DNA of 64,000 bases from an uncultured Chloroflexia bacterium (GCA_963707215.1 CAVPPB010000003.1:1600001-1664000), one strand, 5' to 3'. Counted from the stretch's first letter, positions 49,744 through 59,256 are shown. The notes: a model not told the origin generated them from the letters alone. Numbers and translations: made by a program.

Positions 49744-51105
49744 TCACCGGGCGTCGGCGGCCACCCGTCCGTCCGCGATCGCTGTCTTGAGCGCGCCATA
49801 GTCGAGATCGTTCTGGTTCGCATACGCCTCGGCGAAGTCCGCGACCGCGCCATCGAACGTGTCGCTGTTGCCGAGGTAGCCGGCGATCAGGGCCGGCTCA
49901 CCGGAACGTGCATGAGCCCGGGCGAGGGTCCAGCCGCAGGCCTTGGCGTAGCGGACAAGTCCAGGGGGATCGAGCCGGGCAACGTCGACGCCCACCTTCC
50001 AGTCGCGCATCTGGCGGACGTAGAACGCCGGCTGTCCGGATGCTCCCAGCCAGCCGAGGAAGATGTCGCTGGCCGCCTGCATCACACGCTGGCCCTGCAC
50101 CACCCGCTCCCCGGGCCAGCGGAACTCGCTCCTATCGAGAAACTGCTCGAGGACGGATGCCTGCGCTTCCTTCACCTGCAGGACGAGGAGGTCATGGTCC
50201 GTACGACCCCGCATCAGCACGATGAACGCGCGAAGCCCGACGCTCCCGACGCCGACCACCTTGTGGGCGATGTCGAGGACCTGGTAGCGGTCGAGCAGCC
50301 GCCGGCGCTCGAGCGGGAGCGTCCTGCGGTAGAGGCGCGTCGCCTTCTCGACCGTGTCCTTGAGATCCTCCTGGTCCACGCCCGGCAGCTCGCCCAGCCG
50401 GTAGAGCAGCGGTGGCTGATTGCGGAGCCGCAGGGTGCCCTGCACGCGTTCCGTCAGCTTGCCGATGGGGCGCAGGGGGTCCTCGGTGGTCACGTGACGG
50501 ACCCCTTCGGCGAAGCCCTTGCGTTGGGCCTTTGGAAGAGCAGCCTGCATCGCCGAGCTGGTGAGGCGCGCGTACCAGGTCGTGAGGTACGGATCAGCTG
50601 CGAACCGGCTCATCGCCGACCGGTAGGTGGTGACCAGCGCCAGCACGCTCCTCCGGTCGTCCCCGGATGTGAAGCCATTGCTCCGGCCTGCGATGACGAA
50701 GCTCGCCGCGAGCCGCTTGACGTCCCACTCGAAGGGCCCTGGGAGCGTCTCGTCGAAATCGTTGACGTCGAAGACGAGGTTCCGCTCCGGCGTCGCGTAT
50801 CCGCCGAAGTTGACGAGGTGCGCGTCGCCGCAGAGCTGGGCGCGGATGCCCGTTGCCGGTAGCGTCGCGAGGTCCTCCGCCATGATCGCCGCTGCGCCGC
50901 GGTAGAAGGCGAACGCCGACTCGGACATGCGGCTGTACCGAATGGGCACGAGCGCGGTGACCCTCGTGGCTGCCTGCGCCTCGAGGATCGCGACGGGATT
51001 CCTCCGGCTGTCCGGCGGCGACCAGGCAGCGTGCGCCGACCTGGGGACCCGCTGACGCCGCTCACGACCTTGGTCGAGCTCGCCCTGGGTGGTGTTGCCT
51101 GCCAT
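49744..51105 (-). CDS. DUF2252 family (kinase-like) protein
   Basis: FAFYRGAA, CGDAHLVNFG, DVNDFDE, KVVGVGSVG, LQVKEA, FYVRQMRDWK, LARAHARSG. Confidence 0.9.
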   Translation of the reverse strand: MAGNTTQGELDQGRERRQRVPRSAHAAWSPPDSRRNPVAILEAQAATRVTALVPIRYSRMSESAFAFYRGAAAIMAEDLATLPATGIRAQLCGDAHLVNFGGYATPERNLVFDVNDFDETLPGPFEWDVKRLAASFVIAGRSNGFTSGDDRRSVLALVTTYRSAMSRFAADPYLTTWYARLTSSAMQAALPKAQRKGFAEGVRHVTTEDPLRPIGKLTERVQGTLRLRNQPPLLYRLGELPGVDQEDLKDTVEKATRLYRRTLPLERRRLLDRYQVLDIAHKVVGVGSVGLRAFIVLMRGRTDHDLLVLQVKEAQASVLEQFLDRSEFRWPGERVVQGQRVMQAASDIFLGWLGASGQPAFYVRQMRDWKVGVDVARLDPPGLVRYAKACGWTLARAHARSGEPALIAGYLGNSDTFDGAVADFAEAYANQNDLDYGALKTAIADGRVAADAR

Positions 51106-51194
51106 GCTCCCCATCTCCCGTTGCGGCCCGTCGCCCGTGGCGCCGTCCCTGGCGGCGCCGAGTCGACCGCGCCATTGTGGGCGCCGCTCAGCCG

Positions 51195-51446
51195 TCAGGA
51201 CAGCCCGAGTGTCCGCTCGGGCTCCGGCAGTCGCGGCGCAAGGATCCACACCAGCTGCGCCATGGTCGCAGCCCCGACCTTCGTCCGCGCATTCGCGAGG
51301 TGGTGCTTGACGGTCGAGTGGGACAGCCCGAGGCGATGAGCAGCGGCCTTCTCTGAGCCCGTGGCGAGCACCGCGGCGACCACCCCGACCTCACGGTCTG
51401 TGGCTCGCCCTGTAGTGCTCCGAGCGGCCGGAGTACGCGCACTCAC
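51195..51446 (-). CDS. Small stand-alone LuxR-type HTH protein
   Basis: TDRE...SEKAAAHRLGLSHSTVKHHLANARTK; GTG51446 overlaps the TGA of the upstream tail frame. Confidence 0.75.
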   Translation of the reverse strand: MSARTPAARSTTGRATDREVGVVAAVLATGSEKAAAHRLGLSHSTVKHHLANARTKVGAATMAQLVWILAPRLPEPERTLGLS

Positions 51447-51524
51447 GCCAGCCGCCGCGCGGCCGCGAGCCACTCATCCCGCCCCTCGATCGGGATCTCG
51501 TAGGTAGCTAACGCGCGCCCAACA

Positions 51525-51546
51525 CCTGTCGGGCGCGCCATTGCAA
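51525..51546 (+). repeat. 22-bp att core, copy 2, within an imperfect palindrome
   Basis: Identical to 47272-47293; GCGCGCCC-AACACCTGTC-GGGCGCGC dyad at 51513-51538. Confidence 0.92.
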
Positions 51547-51601
51547 AACGTCGTGGGCCAATGATTGGGTCCCTCGATGCCGGGGAATTCGATGGGCGCC
51601 A

Positions 51602-52000
51602 TCAGCTGTCCGCCGCGGTGGCTCCATCGAACCTTCCGGTGCCGCCGACGATCTCGAAGTCGTACGTGATCTCCAGCAGCGTGGGATCTGGTCCGACCGC
51701 GGCAACGTCGCTGGCTTCGTAGGTGACGAAGACCTCGTCACCGTTCGCGGCCATGAAGGTCATCTCGATCCCCGTGATGGCGGGGCCAGGCGGGGTACAG
51801 TTGTAGTAGTCGAGCTCGAACTTGCCCAGATGCGTAGCCTGTCCGGTGGCCGTGAAGACGGAGCGCAGCGTCGCCCCATCGGGCAGCACTGGGCACAGCG
51901 AGTCGGGCTGAACCATCCCGAACCCCGCTGCGGTGCCGTTGAACGGACGCTGTGGATCGCTCCTGGCCGCCACGGGTGCCGCGGTGGCCAGCACCAGCAT
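51602..52000 (-). pseudogene. Truncated secreted protein
   Basis: Signal-peptide remnant LVLATAAPVAA; ends abruptly after IVGGTGRFDGAT. Confidence 0.5.
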
Positions 52001-52009
52001 CAGTACGAC

Positions 52010-52386
52010 CAGACTGGCAGGACCTGCGGGACGCGCTCGACCGGACCTACGACGAGATCCGGAGGCTGCGCGCCGGCCAGCCGACGATCCTCAGGGTCGT
52101 CGGCAGCTTCGCGCCGTGGTATGGCCAGCTGCGACAGGCGGGGATCGAATCGGCGTGCATGGCCAACGAGGCGGTCCGCGAGCAGGTCGAGCGGGATGCC
52201 GCCGAGGCGGCCGGGGCCGTGTTCGTCTCCGCGCTCGATCTGTTCAATGGACCCGCGCACGACGTGGACCCGGTCGAGCTGGGCTGGATCGGCATGGACA
52301 GTGTCCACGCCAACGACGCCGGCCGCGCCATCCTGGTCGAAGCGCTCGCTGCCACCGGATGGGAGGCGAGCGAGCCGCCAAGCTGA
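52010..52386 (+). pseudogene. C-terminal fragment of an SGNH/GDSL hydrolase
   Basis: DSVHAN (DxxH) block present; N-terminal GDS block absent. Confidence 0.55.
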
Positions 52387-52505
52387 GCCCACCTCGGTGG
52401 GGACGAGGCGTCTGAAGCCCTGCACGTCACCGTCCAGCCCGAGGAGGCCCGCGCCAGGCCAAGTCACACGGCGCGTCCCGGCTGCCGAGGCCGTCGCCGG
52501 GCTCT

Positions 52506-52547
52506 GGTACCTCCACGCCCTGCGGGGGTACCTCCACGCCTTGCGGG
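52506..52547 (+). repeat. 21-bp tandem duplication (1 mismatch)
   Basis: GGTACCTCCACGCCCTGCGGG then GGTACCTCCACGCCTTGCGGG. Confidence 0.85.
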
Positions 52548-52750
52548 CGGCTGCGGACGACTCGGGCAGGCGGCAGGCTGGCCCACGCGGTGCCGGGCCT
52601 GATCCAGGCGGGGCTAGCCGTGAGCGTGACCGCCGCCCTGTGGCTGTTCCGGGTGTCCGCGACGACGCCCGACGCCCCGTTCCACTCGCTGACGGGACCC
52701 CTGCTCTGCCTCTGCGCCCGGGGTCTTCGCCGGGTCAGCGACGTTCGTCC

Positions 52751-52990
52751 TCAAGAAGGCGTCAACCACTCCGTGATGTCACCCGCTGACGGCAGGCGGC
52801 CCGTGCTCACGACCTTGCCGTCGATGACGAGCCCGGGGGTGCTCATGACACCGCGGCTCGCAATCTCGGCGTAGTCGGTGACCTTGACGATCTCCGCTTC
52901 GACGCCGGCCTGCGCGACCGCCTCGCGGACGTTTGCCTCGAGCCGCTGGCAGTTGTTGCAGCCGGGTCCGAGGACCTCGATGACCTTCAC
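52751..52990 (-). CDS. Small thioredoxin-like protein (MTH895 type)
   Basis: VLGPGCNNC, GVMSTPGLVIDG. Confidence 0.9.
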   Translation of the reverse strand: MKVIEVLGPGCNNCQRLEANVREAVAQAGVEAEIVKVTDYAEIASRGVMSTPGLVIDGKVVSTGRLPSAGDITEWLTPS

Positions 52991-53247
52991 GGGTGGACCT
53001 CCTTGGGTGTCGTGAGCCAGGCGGCGACCTCCCGCCGGCTCGGGACCCGGCCGGCCGCGACGACCGTGCCGTCGACGACGAGGGCCGGGGTTCGCATGAA
53101 GAAGCCGCGGCCGACGATCTCAGCCGGATCGGTGACGTAGCGAGCATCGATGTCGAGGCAGGCGCTGCGCGTCACGTCGCGCACGAGCTCGAGCAGCTCC
53201 GAGCAGCGCCGGCAGCCTGGACCGATGACCTCGACGATCCGCTCCAT
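52987..53247 (-). CDS. Second small thioredoxin-like protein
   Basis: VIGPGCRRC, TPALVVDG. Confidence 0.85.
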   Translation of the reverse strand: MERIVEVIGPGCRRCSELLELVRDVTRSACLDIDARYVTDPAEIVGRGFFMRTPALVVDGTVVAAGRVPSRREVAAWLTTPKEVHP

Positions 53248-54287
53248 CACGCGGCCAGCCAGTTGAACAGGTAGCCGATCGCAACGATGCCGACGGCGAC
53301 GATGCTGGCGAAGGCGACGAGCAGGCGCGGCTTCATGACTTTGCGCAGGATCACCACCTCGGGCAGCGAGAGGGCGGTGATCGCCATCATGAACGCGAGC
53401 GCCGAGCCGACCGGGAGGCCCTTGCCAAGGAGGGCTTCGATGACCGGGATCGTGCCTGCGGCGTTGCTGTACAGCGGCACGCCGAGGATGACGAGCGCCG
53501 GGACCGCGAGCGGGTTGCCGGGGCCGCCGATCTGGACGACGAGCTCGGTCGGCACGAAGCCGTGGATGAAGGCGCCGATCCCGATGCCGACGATCACGTA
53601 GGGCCACACCCGGCCGACGATGTCGCGCGTTGAGCGCCACGCCTCGCGGACGCGGTCCTCGAGCGTGGTGTGCTCGTCGATCGTCACGCCGCCCGCCCGG
53701 ACCTTCCAGACATAGTCCTCGACGTAGCGCTCGAGGCCAAGGCGCCCGATGAGCAGGCCCGCGACGATCGCGACGACGAGGCCCGCGGCCATGTAGGCGA
53801 GCGTGAGCTGCGGGCCGACAAGGCCCCACAGGAGCACGATCGCCACTTCGTTGACCATCGGTGAGGCGATGAGAAACGCGAACGTGACCCCGAGCGGCAC
53901 CCCCGCCTCGAGGAACCCGATGAAGAGCGGGACAGCTGAGCACGAGCAGAACGGGGTGACGACGCCGAAGCCGGCGGCCGCGACCGTCCCGGGGACAGCG
54001 CCCCGGCCAGCGAGGGCACGCCGCACCCGCTCGGGCGACACGAACGAGCGCAGGAACGAGATGAGGGTGACGATGCCGGTCAGCAGCAGCAGGACCTTGG
54101 GCACGTCGTACAGGAAGAACGCAACCGCCTCCCCGAGCGGTGATCCATGCTCGAGCCCGAGCACGTCGAAGGCCAGCCAGTTCGCCGCGGGCAGGGCGAG
54201 GAACCACGCCACGAGCCAGAGCGTGGTGCCCGCGAGGACGACGACCCAGAGCGGCGGATGGATCTGGCGGACAACCAGGATCGTCAT
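53247..54287 (-). CDS. arsP: ArsP/DUF318 permease
   Basis: TPFCSCS, FLIASPMVNE, GVPLYSN, ALSLPE. Confidence 0.85.
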   Translation of the reverse strand: MTILVVRQIHPPLWVVVLAGTTLWLVAWFLALPAANWLAFDVLGLEHGSPLGEAVAFFLYDVPKVLLLLTGIVTLISFLRSFVSPERVRRALAGRGAVPGTVAAAGFGVVTPFCSCSAVPLFIGFLEAGVPLGVTFAFLIASPMVNEVAIVLLWGLVGPQLTLAYMAAGLVVAIVAGLLIGRLGLERYVEDYVWKVRAGGVTIDEHTTLEDRVREAWRSTRDIVGRVWPYVIVGIGIGAFIHGFVPTELVVQIGGPGNPLAVPALVILGVPLYSNAAGTIPVIEALLGKGLPVGSALAFMMAITALSLPEVVILRKVMKPRLLVAFASIVAVGIVAIGYLFNWLAA

Positions 54288-54613
54288 CGCAGGACGTCGT
54301 CGATTGCAGCGCGCGCCGTCGCGATCGCCGGCTCGATCCGCTCGTAGTAGAGGAACCGCGCGTTCGCATCGTGGCGGCTCGCGCGCACCAGGCCAGCGTC
54401 GCGGAGCTTCGCGAGGTGGTTGCTGACGGCGTTGTCGCGCATCTCGAGCGCTGCCGCCATCTCGCACACGCACACCGGCCCGTCCGCAAGCATCCGCAGG
54501 ATCGCGGCGCGGGTCGGGTCGGCGAGCAGGGCCGCGGCCGCGACGGCCGCGCCAACGTCGGGTGCCTGCATGTCGAGGCGCGGGACGCACACGACGGGGA
54601 GCACGGTGGTCAT
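54284..54613 (-). CDS. arsR: ArsR/SmtB regulator
   Basis: LADPTR, VCVCE, VSNHLAKLRDAGLV. Confidence 0.88.
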   Translation of the reverse strand: MTTVLPVVCVPRLDMQAPDVGAAVAAAALLADPTRAAILRMLADGPVCVCEMAAALEMRDNAVSNHLAKLRDAGLVRASRHDANARFLYYERIEPAIATARAAIDDVLR

Positions 54614-55683
54614 GCCACGCCCCCCTGGACCACCGGCAGCGGCTGGACGCCGAACAGGCGCGGCGCCAGGCGCATCGCGGACCACACGAAGAACAGCATC
54701 ACCGGCACCTCGATCAGCGGGCCGACGACGGTCGCCAGCGCGACCGTGGGCGAGAACGCGGTGATGGCAATCGCGATCGCGATCTCGAAGTCCCGGCCCG
54801 TGGCGTTGAAGGCGACGGCGACCGCGTCCTGGTAGGAGAACCGCATCCGCCAACCGACCAGGAGCACGGTGAAGAACATGAACGAGAAGAACAAGGTCAT
54901 CGGGATCGCCATCTGGAGCACGATCGCGGGCTGCTGGAGGATGAGGTCGCCCTTGAGCGCGAACATGACGATCAGCGTGAACAGCAGCCCGAGGATCGAC
55001 ACGGCGTTGAGGGCCGGCTTAAGCGCCTCCATCCCGGCCTCACCCCTGCGCCGGACAACCAGGATCCGGGTCAGCACGCCCACCACCAGCGGCAGGCCCA
55101 GGTACAGCACCACGCTCTGGGCGACGACCATCGTGTCGAACTCCACGCTGCCGATCAGGAGGTTCGCGTAGACCGGGATCAGGAGCATCTGGATGACCGA
55201 GTTGAGGGCCACGAACACGAGGGCCATCGGCGTGTTCCCCTTGGCCAGGAACGTGAAGATGATCACCATCGCGATGCACGGCGCGAGGCCATAGAGGATC
55301 AGGCCGGTGCGGAGCTCCGGGTCCGCGACAAACAGGTTGGCCAGCCCGAACATCACGAACGGCGCGACCAGGTAGTTGAACCCCACCACGACGCCCAGTT
55401 GCCGCGGCGACCGGAACGCGATCCCCACCTCACCCAGGCGCACGTTGGTCATCGCGGGGTACATCATCGCGAACAAGCCGATGGGGACGCCGAGGCTGAT
55501 CAGCGCCGGCACGGAGGGCTCGAACGTGCCCGCCGCGATCGACTTGATCGCGTCGATCGGCGGAGTGAGCGCGAAGTCCGAGATCGAGAGCGCGTTCCCG
55601 ATGAGGATGCCGGCGGCCATGCTGAACAGGACCAGGAACGGCAGGAGGCGGAAGTCCTCGAGGCGTGTCAGCAGACGTCCCAC
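54610..55683 (-). CDS. acr3: ACR3 arsenite efflux transporter
   Basis: MMYPAM, GLAPCIAMV, VALNS, RDFEIAIA, VVGPLIEVPV. Confidence 0.9.
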   Translation of the reverse strand: MGRLLTRLEDFRLLPFLVLFSMAAGILIGNALSISDFALTPPIDAIKSIAAGTFEPSVPALISLGVPIGLFAMMYPAMTNVRLGEVGIAFRSPRQLGVVVGFNYLVAPFVMFGLANLFVADPELRTGLILYGLAPCIAMVIIFTFLAKGNTPMALVFVALNSVIQMLLIPVYANLLIGSVEFDTMVVAQSVVLYLGLPLVVGVLTRILVVRRRGEAGMEALKPALNAVSILGLLFTLIVMFALKGDLILQQPAIVLQMAIPMTLFFSFMFFTVLLVGWRMRFSYQDAVAVAFNATGRDFEIAIAIAITAFSPTVALATVVGPLIEVPVMLFFVWSAMRLAPRLFGVQPLPVVQGGVA

Positions 55684-55718
55684 GATGGTCCCCGTTCGAG
55701 CACTACACGACAGGCTGA

Positions 55719-55742
55719 ACATATCACTCCACCGTGAGATGT
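55719..55742. promoter_or_regulatory. Putative ArsR operator
   Basis: Inverted repeat ACATATCAC-n6-GTGAGATGT (8/9) about 35 bp upstream of acr3. Confidence 0.55.
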
Positions 55743-56092
55743 CCGAGAGGACCGCCAGTCCTGAAGCCGCGGGACGAATGGCCTGGGATCTGCCGATGCC
55801 CGTGGGCGGCGGGCCGCGATTCGCGATCGGTCGATCGGGCCATACGACCGCGGGGAGGCCGGTGCTCGAGCTGCTGGCGGGCCCGTGCCGGGCCACGTCA
55901 TCTGCCGGCTCCCCTGCGGCCGTCCCTTCTTCCCCTGCAGGAGTCGATGTCCAAGGCGGTCCTCTCCGTGCGCGGGCTCACGAGGCGCGAGGCCCTGGGC
56001 GCTGGGCGTCGCGGTCAGCCGGACACTCACGACCTCGGCTGTTCCCCAGCCATCCGTCACGCGACGAGTAGCGACTCCGCGATACTCGCGGG

Positions 56093-56554
56093 ATGAACCT
56101 CTACTTCGCGGGTCCGCTGTACACGACGCCCGAACGCACCTGGAATGCCGAGGTGGTGGCTGCCCTGCGTGCTGCCGGGCACGAGGTCTTCCTGCCGCAG
56201 GAGCAGGAGCAGGGCAAGGATGGCCCGGGGATCTTCGCCACGGATGTCGGCGGGATCGACCGGGCGGATGCACTCGTCGCGATCATGGACGGCCCCGATC
56301 CCGATTCGGGGACAGCCTGGGAGGTCGGGTACGCGTTCGGGATGAGAAAGCCGGTCGTGCTGGTCCGCACCGACTTCCGGGTGCTCGCCGGCGACGCCGG
56401 CGACTACAACCCGATGCTGACCCAGGCGGCCACGATCAGGGTCGACGCACCGGCCGGGTCGACGACCGAGATCGTCGGTGCCGTCCTCGACGCGCTCGAG
56501 CGGGTCGAGGCCGGTCGGGACGGGACGTCGCCTGGGGAGGCCGCCACAACGTAG
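56093..56554 (+). CDS. Nucleoside 2-deoxyribosyltransferase family
   Basis: YFAGPL, VFLPQ, DSGTAWEVGYA, NPML. Confidence 0.88.
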   Translation: MNLYFAGPLYTTPERTWNAEVVAALRAAGHEVFLPQEQEQGKDGPGIFATDVGGIDRADALVAIMDGPDPDSGTAWEVGYAFGMRKPVVLVRTDFRVLAGDAGDYNPMLTQAATIRVDAPAGSTTEIVGAVLDALERVEAGRDGTSPGEAATT

Positions 56555-56638
56555 GTGATGCGCCGACGATCCGACCGGAAGCAGGGCGGAGTCTCGGCAG
56601 CGACGCGCCACTCGTCCGCCTGGGCGACGACGAAGACG

Positions 56639-56671
56639 GCGAGACCCCGGCCGGATGTGGCGGGGTCTCGC
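56639..56671. terminator. 11-bp hairpin between convergent genes
   Basis: GCGAGACCCCG-n11-CGGGGTCTCGC. Confidence 0.65.
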
Positions 56672-56690
56672 TCATGCCGCCGCCTGCCAG

Positions 56691-57641
56691 CTACGGCGTG
56701 ATGTCGAAGCTGGCCAGGAATGCGAGGTCGTCGGGCTGATCGAGCCGATACGCGCCACCCACGCCCGTGCAGTTCGGGCTGTAGCCGAACGAGGTCACGG
56801 CCACCAGGAGCAGCGAGTCCGTCGTGTCGAAGGTCGGACCACCCGAGTCACCGAAGCAGGTGCCGCCGGTGACCGGGTTGTTCGACAGCTGGATGTAGGT
56901 GTCCTTGGGGTTGCTGACGAGGTTCAGGAGTCGGGGCTCGGCCTTCATCCGCGTATCGCCGCCGATGTCCGCGAAGGGGAGGACCTTGTTGAGGCCGTAG
57001 CCGACGACCTCGAAGCGGTGGGCGTTCCGCCGGCCGGCATAGCGTTGGAGGTAGTCCTCCTCCGCGACCGTCGCGTAGGGGCCGGCCATCCCGTCGTCGA
57101 GGACGAGGACGCCGGCGTCATGGAGGTAGAAGGCCCGATCGTCGTACTGGGGATGCGGGAACGACTCCGCCCGGACCCACATGGAGCTTCCGTTGAGCCA
57201 GTCGCGCCGCGCCTCATAGCGGGCCCGCTGGGTCGGGTAGTTGAGATCACCGTTCTCGTCGAACGTCGGCGGGAAGCCGTCCCAGTGACTGTCGTCCTCG
57301 TTGGTGGTGAACCAGACGTCGTTGCCACCGGAGCCGTTCCCATCGGCAGCCGTATACCGATCGTCCTGCGTGGTCGTCGAGACGCCATCGAGACCGATCG
57401 CGAACGTGCAATGCCCGGCGGTCACCACCACAGTGGGGCTGGCGAGCGTGCCGGAGCAGCTGTACCAGGCACCCGGGTCGTCGTAGATGCCACTGGGGGC
57501 GTCGGGGACGAAGAACAGGAGCTGGCCGACCTGGGGATGCTCCCCGGCATCGTCGACGCCGCCCTTCGTGATCGCGGTCGCCGGCGCTGCGGCCAGGGCC
57601 AGCGCGAGCAGGGCTGCGAGTGCTGCGATGCGGATGCGCAT
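56691..57641 (-). CDS. Secreted trypsin-like (S1) serine protease
   Basis: Signal peptide, CSGTL, TAGHC, HDAG, GDSGGP; AGGAGG RBS. Confidence 0.9.
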   Translation of the reverse strand: MRIRIAALAALLALALAAAPATAITKGGVDDAGEHPQVGQLLFFVPDAPSGIYDDPGAWYSCSGTLASPTVVVTAGHCTFAIGLDGVSTTTQDDRYTAADGNGSGGNDVWFTTNEDDSHWDGFPPTFDENGDLNYPTQRARYEARRDWLNGSSMWVRAESFPHPQYDDRAFYLHDAGVLVLDDGMAGPYATVAEEDYLQRYAGRRNAHRFEVVGYGLNKVLPFADIGGDTRMKAEPRLLNLVSNPKDTYIQLSNNPVTGGTCFGDSGGPTFDTTDSLLLVAVTSFGYSPNCTGVGGAYRLDQPDDLAFLASFDITP

Positions 57642-57771
57642 GCGCCTCCTCCTGGGATGCAGGCGCGGCCGCGCGGCGCACGGCCGCAGTGCCGCGATGG
57701 TAAACCCAGGTCGGCCGAGGGCGGTGCGGGCGGGCACCGGTTCTTGGGTGACGGTCGCCCGAGCGGCCGGA

Positions 57772-58269
57772 CTAGGCGCTCGCGAGCCTCGCCTCCGCCG
57801 GCGCACCGGCTTCGCGTCCGGCGAGGACCCGCGTCAGCCCCTGCTCGCCCGAGCGCATGATGGCGTTGAAGTTGGAGGTGACGACCCGGCCGGCGAGCGG
57901 GACCGGCAGGTTCATCCACCAGCGCGCGGGGCGGACGTCCATGACGAAGCGGACCGTGGTTCGGCCACCGGCCGGCTCGAACGTCCAGGTGCAGGTGCCC
58001 TCCATGTCGCCGGCTGCCCGACCCTGCAGGAGGCGATGGCGCGCGATGTCGACGATCTCGACGTCGATCTTGAGCGTGTACGGCAGCCAGCCGCGCCAAC
58101 CCTGGCGGATCCGCATCCCGCGGCCCGAGGACTCGCCTGCCGAAAGCTGCTCGGCGGAACGGAACCCGTTCCACCAGGTCGGCCACTGCTGCTGGTCCAG
58201 GAGCACGTCCCAGACGCGCTCGACCGAGGCCTCAGCCTGCCATTCGGTGACGAAACGGAAGTGACCCAT
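57772..58269 (-). CDS. SRPBCC/polyketide cyclase family
   Basis: ERVWDVL...WPTWW, GTCTWTF. Confidence 0.8.
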   Translation of the reverse strand: MGHFRFVTEWQAEASVERVWDVLLDQQQWPTWWNGFRSAEQLSAGESSGRGMRIRQGWRGWLPYTLKIDVEIVDIARHRLLQGRAAGDMEGTCTWTFEPAGGRTTVRFVMDVRPARWWMNLPVPLAGRVVTSNFNAIMRSGEQGLTRVLAGREAGAPAEARLASA

Positions 58270-58437
58270 CGGAGTGGCGCCTCATCGCTCTGCCGTCCCG
58301 GGACGCTTGGTGACGTGCAGCGAGCCTCGGCGCTCCGGGGGCCGGCGACGATGGACAAGCGGCATCGCGGCGATACGTCATCCGTCCTGGCTTCCGGAGC
58401 GAGCCCCCGTGCGGGTCGCGCCGCGGGCAGCCCCACC

Positions 58438-59256
58438 CTACAGCCGCCGCTTCCCCCGATCCCCGTCGCCGGCGCGCTCCATGTAGAAGTTCAGCATCTC
58501 GTAGGCCCAGGCGGCATCGAAGGTGAGGTGGAACTGCTGCTGGAGCCGGCGGTTCAGGACCCGCTTCGACCAGGCCAGCGCGTAGGGGGTCCGCTTCAGA
58601 AGGCGGTCGGTCAGCTCCTTGACGGCTGCGTCGAGCTCGGCGGCCGGGACGGCCCGGTGGATGTAGCCGAGGTCCGCCAGCTCGCGGCCGGTGAAGGGCC
58701 GGGCCAGGAGCAGGAAGTCACGGGCGTGGGCCAGGGTCATCTGCATCGGCACGAAGACCGCCCCGCCGTCGCCGGGCACGACCCCCAGGTCCGGACGTCC
58801 GTAGGGCAGCTCGCCCATGCCCAGGTGATAGTCGGCGATGAGGGCCTCCTCGTCGGCGACGACGAAGTCACAGGCGAAGACCAGGCTCGAACCGAACGCC
58901 ACCGCGGGACCATTGACCCGGGCGATCACCGGCTTCTCGATCTCGATGATCGCGTTGAGGGTCCTGGCGAGGCCGACGCTCAGGTCCCAGTCCTCGCCGG
59001 GGTCGTGCGCCTTGATCCCGGGGCCCGCTGAGGGCGGAACGAAGAACATCTCGCCCAGGCCGGTCAGCACGATGACCCGGACATCGTTGTCGCCGCGGAG
59101 CTCCTCGAGCGCCTCCCCGACCTCCTTGTGCTTCGGGAAGTACTTGACGACCTCCTGGCCCGCCTGGCGGGCGTAGTGGGCGTCACCCGAGGGCAGCATC
59201 CCGATCGTTGCGACGCCGCCCTCCCTCGTGATCCGCAGGTCTCCGTACTCGCGCAT
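58438..59256 (-). CDS. Enoyl-CoA hydratase/isomerase family
   Basis: VIVLTG, EKPVIARVNGPAV, ACDF, GVVPGDGG. Confidence 0.88.
   Translation of the reverse strand: MREYGDLRITREGGVATIGMLPSGDAHYARQAGQEVVKYFPKHKEVGEALEELRGDNDVRVIVLTGLGEMFFVPPSAGPGIKAHDPGEDWDLSVGLARTLNAIIEIEKPVIARVNGPAVAFGSSLVFACDFVVADEEALIADYHLGMGELPYGRPDLGVVPGDGGAVFVPMQMTLAHARDFLLLARPFTGRELADLGYIHRAVPAAELDAAVKELTDRLLKRTPYALAWSKRVLNRRLQQQFHLTFDAAWAYEMLNFYMERAGDGDRGKRRL

Larger units (their letters stand above)
47272..51546. mobile_element. 4.3-kb tRNA-Arg-integrated island (defective)
   Basis: Flanking 22-bp direct repeats, recombinase remnant at the left end, small HTH at the right end, more A/T-ending codons than the backbone. 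Confidence 0.8.

Noticed and set aside
55750-56090. Possible arsC remnant or small Tat-like ORF (WDLPMP; MSKAVLSVRGLTRREALG)
   Set aside because: Matches too short to support a call.
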